From Antedon mediterranea (taxonomy: Eukaryota > Animalia > Echinodermata): a stretch of DNA of 64,000 nt. The stretch spans positions 29,468,871 to 29,532,870 of the forward strand of contig NC_092676.1 of assembly GCF_964355755.1 (NCBI RefSeq). The letters are read 5' to 3'. Below are positions 39,091 to 53,065 of the stretch, piece by piece. Both the position numbers and the translations under genes were made by a program. A model generated the notes under the pieces. It saw only the letters and a program-made list of their open reading frames with translations. It ran no database searches and was not told where the DNA came from. How positions within the stretch are numbered: the first letter of the stretch is position 1; each line of letters opens with the position of its first letter.

Positions 39091-42086
39091 ATACTTGCAT
39101 ATCATTTACAGATGTTCAGTGACCATTCCAGAATTACTCCACTATGCTACATTTGTGCTTACATTTTAGTAACTTTTGTAATTTGTATTTATTTTTAGAT
39201 TATTTTATTTATACCTTGCTGTGAATAAATTTATATTATTTCTTACATTATCATATTGGACCAATGCAAATTATGATTGAACTTCTAAATATATCTTTTT
39301 TTAACGTTTATTCCAGAATGAGTTTGTTAGGATTTGTTACTGATTAACATTTTGTTTGTTACTCTTGTATAATGAAAAGAATTTATTTTTTAATAAATGT
39401 GTTGTATAAATGTGTTGTATAAATTATATCTATGTATATATGGAATTGTTATCAGATTGTAGGATAAAATGTTAACATTCTAAATATGAAATGCAAGAAA
39501 AATTGGACAAAAATTATAATTTTTTTAATATATTGTTGCAATGATTAGTTTTCTATTTATATTAATGTATGTTTTATAGGACATTTAAATGTAATACAAA
39601 CATAATGTAATACAAACATAATGTAATACAAACATAATGTAATACAAACATGTTAGAAAAACAAGAATGTTATTAATAAAATGTCTTAGTTCAGCACATG
39701 AATATGTGCATGATTTCTCACGTTTATGTTTGTGATTTAACAGTAATTTGTCATCATCTATCATATCATCTGTTTACAAATTTGTCTAAGGAAATCTGTT
39801 TATCCTAAAGCTAGCTGTCTACGGCATCAAATTTGTTAGACAAATAAATTGTGATGTGCCCAAATATGGTAGTGACATCATCATGTCCATATTTGGGCAC
39901 ATCACATTTTTTTTGTCAAATAAAGTTTGATAGTGTAGACTTTAAATAGAAACAAATGTATATGTATATACCAAGTAAGAAAATTTGTGGAAACATAGAG
40001 ATACAGTATTCACCATACTCAGTACTACTACTTAGGAAATGTCATGGTGGCGTGCCATACTGTAAAATGACATGGTGGCGTACCATATATCATATTTTAC
40101 AAAGTCAAGCACCTTTAAACAAAGTCTTTATTTCCTTGTATTTGTTGATTGTTTCCCGCAACCCAAAACAAACTGTTTGTGGTTTTCTATTGCTGTAATA
40201 CAGTATATCATTTCCGATTTCTATTTCCTTTTGTTGTTTATATTTATTAGTTATTTGTTTCGCTTCTATTCATGTATTGTGCCTTTTTACATATTGTAAA
40301 CTGAACCATACATAGTACTACAGATAATTTAAGTATTAAAACCGGATTACATTAATATTTTAATACCGGAAGATTTCCCAAAACCTAATTCTTTCAATAC
40401 TGAAAAATATGACCACTATTAACTCCAATAGTATTTTGAGAACATTTTGAAATTACAAATATGAAAAAAAAATTCCCCAAACCAGAATCTGAGCCTTGCT
40501 TATCTAACTGATAAAAACAACATGTAATGTGTGCCTTTATATTTTGTTATATAATATTTATGAGTCAAAGTTGATATGTTTATAACAGTTTTTTAAGGTG
40601 TAATATGAACAAGTGATTATATTCCTGCGTAATGATTCATTTCATATGATTACATCACATTTTGTATAAATTAAAATAGCCTATTGAACCTATTCTTTTA
40701 TGTTAGGGCCTACACAAACCATTGTTATCAGGCCTACACAAACCATTGTGAAAGTACCAGAGTTCAAAGGTTAGTTTGTATTGATTGTTATTAAGTGATG
40801 ATACATTAAATGGTATTTATTTAGTAGTTTTTGTTTGTAAAATGCAAGCCTCTCTAAAGTACATTTTAAAAATAGTAGTGATGTATTCAGTTGACAATAA
40901 TAATTTATGATTCAATATACTGCACAATTATTTAATTGTAAATATGGTTTTTTTTTCAGAAGAATAATTGTTATAAATTGGTAATATTTGAATTTATATT
41001 TGATATATTTGTCATATGACAAGTATGAAATATTATTTTCATACTTTTTGTTCACTTTTCATTCAGGTTGAATAAATTGCAGTTGTTGCACATGTTTTCC
41101 ATTAGGCCTACTTTATCACTTTTTCATTTCAGAACTCAAAAACTACAAAATACCTTAAATTAACTACAATACCTTAACTTAAACTAATCCACTCCTACTC
41201 ATGTTTTTACACCCCTGACACCCCCCCCCCCCCCCCCACACACATCCAATTCAGATTCAAACCAAGGACCCATTTAACTATGGACCATGGTCCATATTGC
41301 TGTGAAAAGGTTATAGGGAATTTTCCATCATCCTCAAAATAATATACTTGGATTATTGGCTGGAAAACCCCCAATGTATTATTACGACCAAGTTAAGTTC
41401 AAGTCTGTATCTGTTTCTACGCATTCATAATACACACACCAAAGGACGCACAGGATATTGCGAAATATTAGTGGATCTTACTGGAACAGTAGGTTATATT
41501 TTTTCTAGAATTGTTGTACGATATTTAAGAATTAATATACTTTTTATTTATATTATATTTTGTTTTAAAATATTTATTATAGTATATTTATTTGACAAAA
41601 TACCACTAAAATGAAAAAAGGACTGCAATATTCGTTACTACAATAATTATAGTGTATTAATTTATTGTCCAAAGATGTATTATAATATACTTCATGAAAT
41701 ACTGTATGTCATTTATGTAACATAACAATTAAATACTAAAACAACCACATTACAAGACTACAAAAATAAGCATTTTACAATTTAATCAAATCTAGTAAAT
41801 TAAAGAGAGAAACAATTGCACATAATTCATAAATTTACCTGTCTATGCCACTAAAATGTAGTGTAAATTTCGTTCTATAAAATGTTATATTTCATCATCG
41901 TAAAGATACAATTTAGTCCAGATATAATGTGTAAATATACAATATTTGAATTAACACCTTAGAAGCAGTAAAATCAATAATTTATTCATAAAACTTATTT
42001 ATTCCCAAAAATGTAAACATTAAAAAATAATTTTGTTTAAGGTGTTTCCCAGGAAAGAGGTATATAAGAATCCATTCATTTGGAGC

Positions 42087-44573
42087 TTATTCTGTGGAGT
42101 GAGGATTTCTCCAACCACCAAACTCTTTTTCTAATTGCATAGCAACTGCGATTGTTAAACGGTCTTGATTCCTGTTAGCTACAACCTGTATTCCCAGAGG
42201 TAAGCCGTCTGAGCTCAGACCTAAAGGAACCTGCGTCACGGGCAAGCCTAGCGCATTGAAAATGGCCGTATGCGAAAAGTTCATGGGTGTGAATAGTGGA
42301 GCGTTATGATACTGAGCTAGCTTAGGATGGGATGGATAGAACAACACACCATCATCTCCTAAAATATTACAAATTTCATCTTTTAATTTCTCACAAGATC
42401 TTGTGAGTTTAGCAGTTTGGTCTGGTGATAATTTATGTAAGTTTTCGAACAATGCTAGCAGTATGGCGGGAAGGGTGTGGTCCGACTTCCTAAATATTGA
42501 TTTAATTAGCTCAAGGAACGGCATGACTTTAGGTCCGTTACCGCTTAAAAGGGAATTGAATGATTCGTTGTCGGTGGTCACCATTTTGGCTGACCAAAGT
42601 CCAGTACTGTACTTGAACCGATGTGGCTTGATTCTACTCACTTCAACTCCATACTCACTTTCAAGGTAATTGATAACCTAAAAAAAAGAAAAACAAAATC
42701 AGATTTCTGTAAGTTATACTTTTTTACAATCGAATACTTTTTTTATGATTAACCTAACTGTACAAAAATGTTTAATTTAATATAAAATGATCATTAAAAT
42801 GATCATTACATTTTCTTGTGCTTGCTTCAGTTGAGGGTTAAGACGCGACACCAAATATTCTTCACCACCGTCCTCAATGCTAAAGAACCTTAATTTCTTA
42901 ATGTTTACAGACTTCCCCAAATCCAGATGCTTAATGTTCTCCTCTTCCGCCATAATCCGCAACAGCGGTTCCAGATCCTCTGCGTACCGACACATTGGAC
43001 CAGTTGCTAACAACTCTAATCGGTCGTCCTTCGCATTTGGAAACTGCCCAGCGCTGGATACAATCCCAGGAGAGGGTTTATGACCGAAGATTCCATTGAA
43101 GAAACATGGCATCCGAATACTGCCACCTATGTCGGAACCAACACCAATGATTGAGCCACCACCTCCGATGATTGCCCCTTCACCTCCTAATTATGCAATA
43201 ATGCAATGATTAGTAAAAACAAAAGAACTAGCACAAAATTAACAAACAAAATAAACAAACAATATTTTGTTTCACACAGATAGGTTTTACCCTTGCTTTA
43301 ACTTCTTATCATTCATAAGGACTATTTACCCCTTTTCTTTCAGATAGTAAGAGGTTTAGTAATATCCGTTCTTTGTCTGAAGAATTTACAGCTTATATTT
43401 TGGTTTGTTTTTATTGGCTTATTAATGGACTACTGTAATTTTTCTAGGATTCTAACAAGTTACTTGAAGCCTACCTGAGCTTCCTCAATCCTACCTGAGC
43501 TTCCTCCTACATTCCTCCGCAGGTCATACGGATTATTTGACCTTCCATAGATATGATTGGCTGATTCGTACCACATGCAAAGTTCTGAAGTGTTAGTAGA
43601 ACCAATCACAATGCACCCAGCTTTCTTTAGGTTAGCTACCACATCAGCGTCTTTATCACTGATGATGTCTTTACGCGACATCAACCCACTTGTGTTCGGA
43701 AGACCTAAAAAAAGAAACAAATATTGTGTGAATATATTTTGTCATTTTATGGAAAAGACATTTGGGAGCCATTGCAATTAACAAAGTTGAAGTGGCTGCT
43801 CCTAGTATGTTTTGCAAAATATATTAAACTCCATCATTAGGAATCGCTATCAGCATTGCTAGCAGTGGAACACAAATGGTACTAGCTCTGCCGCAGAAGT
43901 TGCCAGAAAATTGCCTCCATGACTTCAATTTTGCTAGAAATTTCAGTTATTATTTATTCATTTGTTTTTTCATTCACAATATACGTCATTACTTTATCTT
44001 ACCAATGCATGCAAATGCCTCCTTTACGGTCAATGGTACGCCAAGAAATGGGGTGCTGGCTTCAGAGTATTTGTCATCAAGAGTTGGCGAGTCCAGAATT
44101 TTATCAACTTTTCTAGCTTCTTCGAGAGCTTCCTCAAAACGATTTGCAACAACAGCGTTCAAAAATGGATTAACCAATTGAATCCTTTCAATGTAAGCTT
44201 CAATAACGCTCACACATTTTATCTGTTGTAAATTAAAACGAAAACTATTTAATCAAATTAAAATAAACGTCATTCAATAGGGGTGGATTCAGGATTTTAA
44301 ACATGAGAGTGTTAAAATGTAATTATAGTCTGTCAAAATATAAATATCAAAAGTAGTTCATAATTTTATTTTAGCTGCTTTCAATAATATCTTATTTCTT
44401 ACATTACGTGACCGGATTTGTTTTGCAATTTTTGAAGCACTTTGCAAGAGTATGTCATTGGTAACGGCTGGTATTTTGGCTTTTGGTCGCACTCCAATAA
44501 ACAGTAGTGATAACATGTGGCCGATAATTGCAGAAATGAATTTTATTATTGCCCAAAAACCCGAGGTTGCCAT
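42087..44573 (-). CDS. FAAH2: Fatty-acid amide hydrolase 2 (amidase signature family), about 522 aa
   Basis: Exons 44573-44403, 44222-44003, 43704-43495, 43186-42810, 42677-42087, phase-consistent. Motifs PFLGVPLTVKE (catalytic Lys), GGSSGGEG, GSDIGGSIRMP (catalytic Ser), GIFGHKPS and GLPLGIQVV. Confidence 0.93.
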
Positions 44574-45410
44574 CGTTTGTTCACAAACAGTTCTACTATG
44601 AAAAAACCTATGAATAAAAATAGTTTTTATTAGGATTTTAATATGTTATAGAAAGGACTTTGTGCTATCCAGGTTCATTAACCTCATTTTTTGGTATATA
44701 TTGTCAAGGCAACACCATTATAAGTGCATTTGATTACCCTAAAGACTGGGTACAAACTTATTAATAAATAACCTACAGTAACATTGCATAAAACATTAAC
44801 AATATGCCAATGTTTCTAAACAGTCATAATGTGACAGTTGTCCCATCGGCGGCGTACAAAGGAATACTAGCTACTAGGGGGACCTGGAATACACAAGAGT
44901 AAAGGTTTACCGTACTACAGTACTATCTATCTAGTATACTACTAGTACTAAATACTACTAACTACTTCTTTATATAGGAGGCTACTACTACAGTACTACT
45001 ACTACTAGAATAGCCTAGTAAGTCTAATTAATAAATAGTCTATGCGGCGCTACCACGGTATTATAACAACTTAAACACCACTAACAAAATATCCGATTGT
45101 CTGAAATAGATAAAAATACAAATAAAATAGTAAACACTTTTTTAATTGATGTAATCATGTAATTCTTGTCGCGCGCCCTCAATTCTCTTTCAAAGAAAAA
45201 ACGCCTCTTCAACGCCACAGGATTGTACTATTTTTTTAGGGCTAAAATATTAAATTTAAAATCTTTTTAAAGGTTTTATAATTAGTAAATACACAATCTA
45301 AAAATGAAAATAAAACATTACTTTTGAAATAAGAATTATTGATTGAGATTTTATTTACATAATAGTAAAGTTTAGACTTCTGCATTTAGTCACGATTCGT
45401 CCATTATAAC

Positions 45411-45421
45411 GGGGATTTCCC
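45411..45421 (+). promoter_or_regulatory. Consensus NF-kappaB site GGGGATTTCCC in the FAAH2/A20 divergent promoter
   Basis: Matches GGGRNWYYCC; TATA-like tatttataaa about 12 nt downstream; donor GT|GTAAGT at about 45571. Confidence 0.65.
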
Positions 45422-46477
45422 TTACAAATAATTATTTATAAAGACTTTGGAAATTTTGTCAATCTAAAATTAGGGTTTTCAAGCGTCATTTGAAATAACT
45501 GTAGTCAAAGAAGGATGTGATTCGATTTTACCTATAATATAAAATTGCTGAATATACAGTATATTATTTGTGTAAGTTTATTATTGTGTTATTTTTTGTA
45601 ACCATTTTTTAGTCGATTAGCTAGCTAGGCCCAAAATCTTGGCAACGACACAAAATAGTCTTTGTTGACTACACAGTATCGAAGCCTTTTTTGTATGTCA
45701 CGTCACGAATATAAATGGTGGATGTGGCAGTTTGAACAGGCGGAAGTATTTGCATATTAAATGTACTTTGACCTCAGGAAAGTTTCAGATCCTTCCTGAT
45801 CATGAGTCAATCATTACACAAGTTACTTTATATTTACATTCCATTAACACAATTTAGTTTACACAACCATATTTCACATAATAGTACTCTGAGATGGAAA
45901 ATAAACAGATATTATTTATTTTACAGATCATTTTTTTTGGAAATTAGTACTGCGTTATTTTTAGCAGTATCGAGCCAAATGAAAGAATAAATACAACTCT
46001 ATCCTTCAAATTCCTACCACAGTATGAAATATTATTACCTAATACTAATGGTTACAGCATTTTATGTAACATTACTAATTACCAGTAAAATCTAGATATA
46101 TTTTATTTAATAAATTGTAAAAATATTAGACTGAACTCCGTCTCCAGGCCAGATTGAAAGTAGTGCTAGACTGAAACATAATGCTTGATAATTTTATAAT
46201 TTTAAAATAATTTTATTCATATTTGTATATTTTTTATAATTATACTGACATAGCACAGTGCATCAAATTGTCAAAACAAAAGTAAGCCATCCAAATGCCT
46301 AATACTGGACATTTTGTAATAATATAATTATTGTAATCATCTTATTCATTCATTACATTTTACAGTTTATATTCTCAGCCCACCGTTGTTAGGCAGCCAG
46401 GTAAGACAATAAAACCTGTAGATGATCTTGATGTGCAGTTGTTTTATTTTTTATTACAGATTTGAGAAAATTCCAAG

Positions 46478-49400
46478 ATGGCTCCAAATGAAAATGGTAA
46501 GCAACGTCACGGCAGTCTCGCATCAGGTTTGCCACAACGCATAGCGGACAGTGATCCGGCCGTCAAAGAAAAGATCCGGCAGAAGGTAAAGAGCGATATT
46601 TTTGTGAATCCAGAACCGCTGAAGCCAATGTTGTTCTTCAACATGTCCATTTTTTCTTTCTTGCTACCTGAGCATTGGGGGTTTCAGCCAGCAGACTTTA
46701 TGAACAGCCTCTATATGAGTCTTTTAGATCTCAACATAATGAAGGCGTTTGAGACCAAGGGAATCATCAATTGGAACAACACTTTCACAAAACTCTATCC
46801 TTTGAAAACTACAGGTTTGTGCTTTTCACTTAAATAATTACAACGCTAAAAAAGAAGTCATGAAAAACAAAAAAAATGAAGATAAAATTGGAAAATACAG
46901 TCAACTGGCCATTTGTTACTTTTTATGAAATTTATTGAAGATAGGTGTGTGGGATAACACTCAAGCACAGGATTACATTCTTGAAATTATATAATTTGAA
47001 TCCTATTCCTGGTTTGTTTAAATTTGTTTTGTAATTTTACTGTTGTGTACTGGGCCCTCTGGGAGAAAAGTTTTTTTACTTTTACTGAAGAGGTCACCCA
47101 GTATAAAGAACAAATAAATAAATAATTATTAATAGAAGTGCAAAAAGAAAATTCACTCATAAACTCTTTCAGTTAGTGATATTGTTTAAAAGCAAATTTC
47201 TTGTTTAACCATCATTTTGTTATATCATATTTGAAGGTGATGGTAACTGCTTGTTGCATGCCATCTCCCTCTTCCTGTGGGGAATTGAGGATCTTGATCT
47301 ACAGATGCGTAGAGTACTCTATCAAGATCTATTCAAGGACAACGGAGTTAAGAAGTATAAACAAAGATGGCAACTTAGAAGAACAGCGTTTGATGAAACA
47401 TTACCCTCTGGTGGCTTGCGTTACGACACGATGGTTAGTTGTATGGTCATATTCAGTGGCGTCATGGCTACCATCTGCTAGTAGAACAATATATTACCTT
47501 TACCTGCTTTATTTATAACAACCCTTGTGTGTCATACAGTAAAGCTCTGTCTAACAGTATCAGACTGTGATGTGTCCAAATAGGGGAGTGATATATCATC
47601 ATGTTTTATGTCATGACTCATATATTAACTTTATTTATAACAAAACCTGTGTGTCATACAGTAAAGCTCTGTCTAACAGTATCAGACTGTGATGTGTCCA
47701 AATAGGAGAGTGATATATCATCATGTTTTATGTCATATATTTACTTTATTTATAACAAAACTTGTGTGTCATGCAGTAAAGCTCTGTCTAACAGTATCAG
47801 ACTGTGATGTGTCCAAATATGGGAGTGATATATCATCATGTTTTATGTCATGACTCATATATTAACTTTATTTATAACAACCCTTGTGTGTCATACAGTA
47901 AAGCTCTGTCTAACAGTATCAGACTGTGATGTGTCCAAATATGGTAGTGATATGACATCATGACAGAGCTTTAGACATGAATAAAATTGCACAAAACCAA
48001 AGCAGAGCAAAGTGTATTATTTTTATAATACTTTACCATAGAAACACACCTTGTACATTTATCAATTTTACAAGTAAATTTTAATACCAAATTTCAATAT
48101 AATTTAATTGTTGAATCCTATTTTTTTATGAATCTAGAACTGGGATGATGAATGGAAGTTAGTCATTCGTAATTCATCCCCAGAACCAAATCCAGAGGGC
48201 CAACATATGTTACCGTTTCACTCTCTGGAAGAAATCCACATATTTATTATGGCAAATATTCTGAGAAGACCGATTATTGTTCTGGCTGACACAATGTTTC
48301 GGGATCACAGAGGGCAGTCTCTCCAGCCACAGAACGTTACAGGAATATACCTACCAGTACTTTCAAAAAGCAAAGATTGTTGTACTTTACCAATTATTCT
48401 AGGTTACCATGGAAACCACTTTGTACCGTTAGTGGGTAAAAAACTTCTACCAGATGAACATTTAGAAATGGCTTTACCGCTTTGTACTAAAGATATTGAA
48501 GCCTTTCCGGTACACTTTCTGCTTCCGGACGAAGAAGCAACAAAGTTTAGTCTGTTGGAATCATATTTGAGTCAGAAAGCACTACCACAATCTGGGATTG
48601 CTGACACAATGGTCGGTATACAAGTAACCATACTCGGTGATAAACAGTTTAATGAATCTGTTAATATTATGGAAACGTACTTCAGGTTAGCAGAAAAGAA
48701 TTACCGAACAGGATCGATGTTCACTCCGCAAAAAAAAGTAGAAACAAGAACTGAATCTGGAAAAGCAGGTGTCAAGATCTGTTGTATGTGTAATAAGAGT
48801 CCAGCTGACGGTGAAAATGATGTGTGCAAAGAGTGCTTAGTGACCACTTGTACGAGTTTTCATCCTTCTGCCTCAGCTCCGCCAGTGAGTATGCCAATTG
48901 ATAGATTCAATGATATGACATTGGAAGAAAATGGAGGAAAGGATCCTCATGAATCAGTATATAGAGGACAACCTCTACTACCATCAGCATCAAATTTTGA
49001 CAACAATGCTCAACAATGCTACTCCATTTGCGTTGACAAGCCTTGCAAAACTCCTGGATGCCAATTTTACTGTTCATCTAAGCTACCTGGTGATTACTGT
49101 CACACATGTGGCTTCAACGCACCAATGGGACAGCAGCATAACCCAATGGGACAGCAGCATAGCCCAATGGGACAACAGCATAGCTCAATTGAGAAATGCA
49201 GAACAACTGGTTGTTCTAATCTAGCTAATTTTGACCGACAAGGTCTTTGTGATCTCTGCTCTGAAACACAGCAATATAAGAAGCCAAGTCGTCCACAAGT
49301 AGTTGGATATGATCTACCTTCTCCGCCACTACCTACAGCCTCTGGATTCCCATCTTCATACAAAGAAAGGTCAAATGCTCCAATTGACCCAAGCGGTTTA

Positions 49401-51266
49401 GATAGCTTGCAGATCTTACAATCATCTACCGGAACTAAGAAGTGCCTTGAAAGAACTTGCAAGCTAACCGGTCAGGAAGCCTTTCAGGGTTTCTGCCAGA
49501 GATGCTATCATAAAAATGTCGATATAAAGAAACGTGTTGAGAGTGTTCCACAACAGAGGATACTAACTAGTACTCTGAAGCAAGGTTCGATGGTACCAAT
49601 GTACTCGGCGGTTAGCAGCGTGGAAGTGTGCAGAACAAAGAATTGTAACTTGTTTGGTACCAAAGAGCAAAATGGTTATTGCACCAAGTGTTTGGGAGAC
49701 GTGTTGATGAAAGAAAGTAATAAATGTAAAAACCACTGGTGTGGTGGACAAACCTTTCACGACGGCTACTGCAAAGAATGCTTTGAGCATACTCCTAGAC
49801 TAGGGGGAGAAAACCTGTCTTCAAACGTCACCTGTGGTCAGGCAATTTCTTTACCAAATCTTTGCATAACTAATGGATGCCAAGGTGTCATCGTAACACT
49901 AGGTGATGGAAAACATTGTCACGGTTGTCACAAAGAAAAAAATGACACTGTTCAACCAATGATGAAGTGCGTCTATCCAAAATGTAATGAAATGACGCCC
50001 AGAGATCAACCAATATGTATAAATTGTCAGGACATCTTAGATGCTAACAAGCCAAAAGATGTCGTTGCTACAGAAACACCAGCGCCCACTACAGCCTTAA
50101 AACTGGCATGCAGTATTTGTCGTAATAGCTTTGCAGGAAGTGATGGCATTTGCAACATATGTAGACCTTATAGTAAGTTATTATTTTTACTAAAATTCAA
50201 AATTATGTTTTGTTTTCCTTATTTTTGTAATTCACGAAAATGGAGGTAACTGACAATTACCAGTTGCGCAATGTAATATATGTATACTGAAGAAGAAGAA
50301 CAAAAAAAAAAAGGACTTCAAAAGAGTCTTTCTATGTACAGCATTATTTAGATACAGTGTTTTGAATTACTAAGCTCTAAATATTATATTTGTTTATAGA
50401 AAAGAATGGTGGAAATGCCACTAATGAAGGTACTCGTTGCAAGAGTCCAGGTATGTTATGGATTGTTGGCTAAACTCTTCTAAGTTTACAGGACCTATTT
50501 TAACAATGTTCACAATTAGAAAGCTACATCTGACACTATATTATTTTTTACCATTTATGTTAGACAGGTATAAAAGACTGCTTAATGATATATATAACAC
50601 TAAATACATTGTTTATTGTCATGACCCCTCACTTCACATGTCTTTCCTAATATGCTTTATAAAGTGTGGCATACACATTAATGTTACCAACACTTAATAG
50701 TAGACATATATTGATTATAAAAATGATAATGTGCTGTTTTCATAACACTTAATTAGACTTTAGACACTAAAGTAAGATAAAGATTGAATACACTGTACGT
50801 ATATGTTTATTAATTTTATAACTGTATATATATATAATGTCTTGTAGGATGTGATATGTTTGGGACGGCAGAGCATGATTGGTTATGTTCCAAATGCTAC
50901 TCTAATAAACCAGCAAAACGTGAAAGCCACTCAGCTCCAATCAAATCTTGCATGACAAAAGACGAACCGTATAATCCGAGAAAATGCGTTAATGGCTGCG
51001 GAGGATGGGCCAACGTTCAAGTTCTCAACGGCTTGTGTAATGATTGTTATCAGTTGTACAAGACTGATAGACCAGGTAAAGGCTCACAGACGCCCGGGAA
51101 GGTCTCGCAGTCCGCAAGAATAGTAAACGATCCGCAAGGATATCAAGCTGAACCAAGGAATCGCAATCGTACGGACGGAAAATGCTTCAACCCAAAATGC
51201 ACGAATCGTGGAAATCCCAAGTCACATGGCTTCTGTAATTCTTGCTCAAAAAAGTTAGAAGTGTGA
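46478..51266 (+). CDS. TNFAIP3: TNFAIP3/A20-like OTU deubiquitinase with multiple A20-type zinc fingers, about 1012 aa
   Basis: Exons 46478-46814, 47237-47433, 48138-50172, 50400-50450, 50848-51266, phase-consistent. OTU motifs LYPLKTTGDGNCLLHA, SLEEIHIFIMANILRRPIIV, GIYLP and ILGYHGNHF, followed by about 12 Cys4 modules. A 5' UTR exon lies at 46366-46400. Confidence 0.9.
47510..47972. repeat. About 120-bp tandem repeat x4 derived from a family B MITE end plus flank
   Basis: tgtgtgtcatacagtaaagctctgtctaacagtatcagactgtgatgtgtccaaat repeated four times; only the last copy ends in the right TIR gacagagct. Confidence 0.85.
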
Positions 51267-51871
51267 AAGAGGCTGCAAGTTGATGTGCACTGAACCATGA
51301 AGTCAGAAGGTGTAGGATTCCTCCTCAGAAGACACGGCCGGTTGGAATCCCTGTGGATGATATAATCCAACTGATAGTGGGTACTGTATGTATGTTGATA
51401 GCATCAGCTGAATCAAGCATCAGATGAATCAAGCAAATGTACTGTTGAGAGTATGGATGACTATCATAATATACATGTTCTTAAGTTTATCATTAATGAA
51501 AAATAATGATAACAAATTACTTAATCATATGATAAGATGCACAATTCAGTACAAGATTTCTACCTTTTCTACTAATATAAAAGATGTAGGCATGGTATCC
51601 CCCAAAAAACATGATAAATGAAGATTAATAAAATCACACTTCGAATATGTTAATCTCTTTAAAAAAATGGAAAAAAAATGTTTTCACCCATAAAGATAAA
51701 TAATCAAAAACCCATTGGCTGGCTGCTAATTTGGTTTAAATTACAGTTTTCATGTAAATAATTTTTTTTTTAAATCCAATTCATTTAAGTGAATAACTAG
51801 TATGTGATAATTAAACGGCACATTTAAAAGAAAATTTAAATTTTTCTTTTGGAGAACAATACATATTTAAA

Positions 51872-52456
51872 TTTTACCACTGCTCCTCCTGTATGTTCCT
51901 CCTGTTGTAATAGCTCCCTCCTCTTCTGATTTTAACTTTTACCACTGCTCCTCCTGTATGTACCTCCTGTTGTAATAGCTCCCTCCTCTTCTGATTTTAA
52001 CTTTTACCACTGCTCCTCCTGTATGTTCCTCCTGTTGTAATAGCTCCCTCCTCTTCTGATTTTAACTTTTACCACTGCTCTTCCTGTATGTTCCTCCTGT
52101 TGTAATAGCTCCCTCCTCTTCTGATTTTAACTTTTACCACTGCTCTTCCTGTATGTTCCTCCTGTTGTAATAGCTCCCTCCTCTTCTGATTTTAACTTTT
52201 ACCACTGCTCCTCCTGTATGTACCTCCTGTTGTAATAGCTCCCTCCTCTTCTGATTTTAACTTTTACCACTGCTCCTCCTGTATGTACCTCCTGTTGTAA
52301 TAGCTCCCTCCTCTTCTGATTTTAACTTTTACCACTGCTCCTCCTGTATGTACCTCCTGTTGTAATAGCTCCCTCCTCTTCTGATTTTAACTTTTACCAC
52401 TGCTCCTCCTGTATGTACCTCCTGTTGTAATAGCTCCCTCCTCTTCTGATTTTAAC
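51872..52456. repeat. 65-bp tandem repeat x9 in or near the A20 3' UTR
   Basis: Unit ttttaccactgctcctcctgtatgt[a/t]cctcctgttgtaatagctccctcctcttctgattttaac. Confidence 0.96.
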
Positions 52457-52886
52457 TGAGCTTTGTTGATTGTTTGGTTTGATGTGTTTTTATTGTAATT
52501 TCATAACAGTCTACATTAAACTTTTGTTTTGTAATATAGGTATGCCTATATCTTTGTTTACTTAGTGCAATGAATCACTCAGAATTATGTTATTATTATT
52601 GTATATCATTTATTTCATTTTCATTTCATATTTGTAGAAGGCACCCCAGTGAGTCTAATATCCAATTTTGACATTTCGGTAAATTATAAGTATGCTAACA
52701 ATAATTTAAACATGTTTTGCGTAATTTGTGTATACTTTTAGTTTATAATAAGTTTCTTCGTATGCATCTTATTGTTGTTTGTGTATTTCAAATCTCATCA
52801 TAGTCTCAAGAACATAACACAATAGAAAAATTTACGAAATAAACAAGATATTTAGACTTCAAATAAAGTTAAGTGTAGAGGTCTAA

Positions 52887-53065
52887 AGCTTGGTTCCCAC
52901 TAGAAAGTAACGCAAAGACGTAAACGCAACGCAAGCGTTTTAACCAATGACAAGCGAAGTTATAGACAGTTAGCAATCACAAGCGAATAAGCCATCGCTT
53001 GTGATTGGTCAATACACTTACGTTGCGTTATGTCCTTGCGTTGCGTCGCTAGTGGGAACCACGCC
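52887..53065. mobile_element. MITE family A, full-length 179-bp copy
   Basis: Both TIRs present; reverse orientation relative to 55481-55659. Confidence 0.85.
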
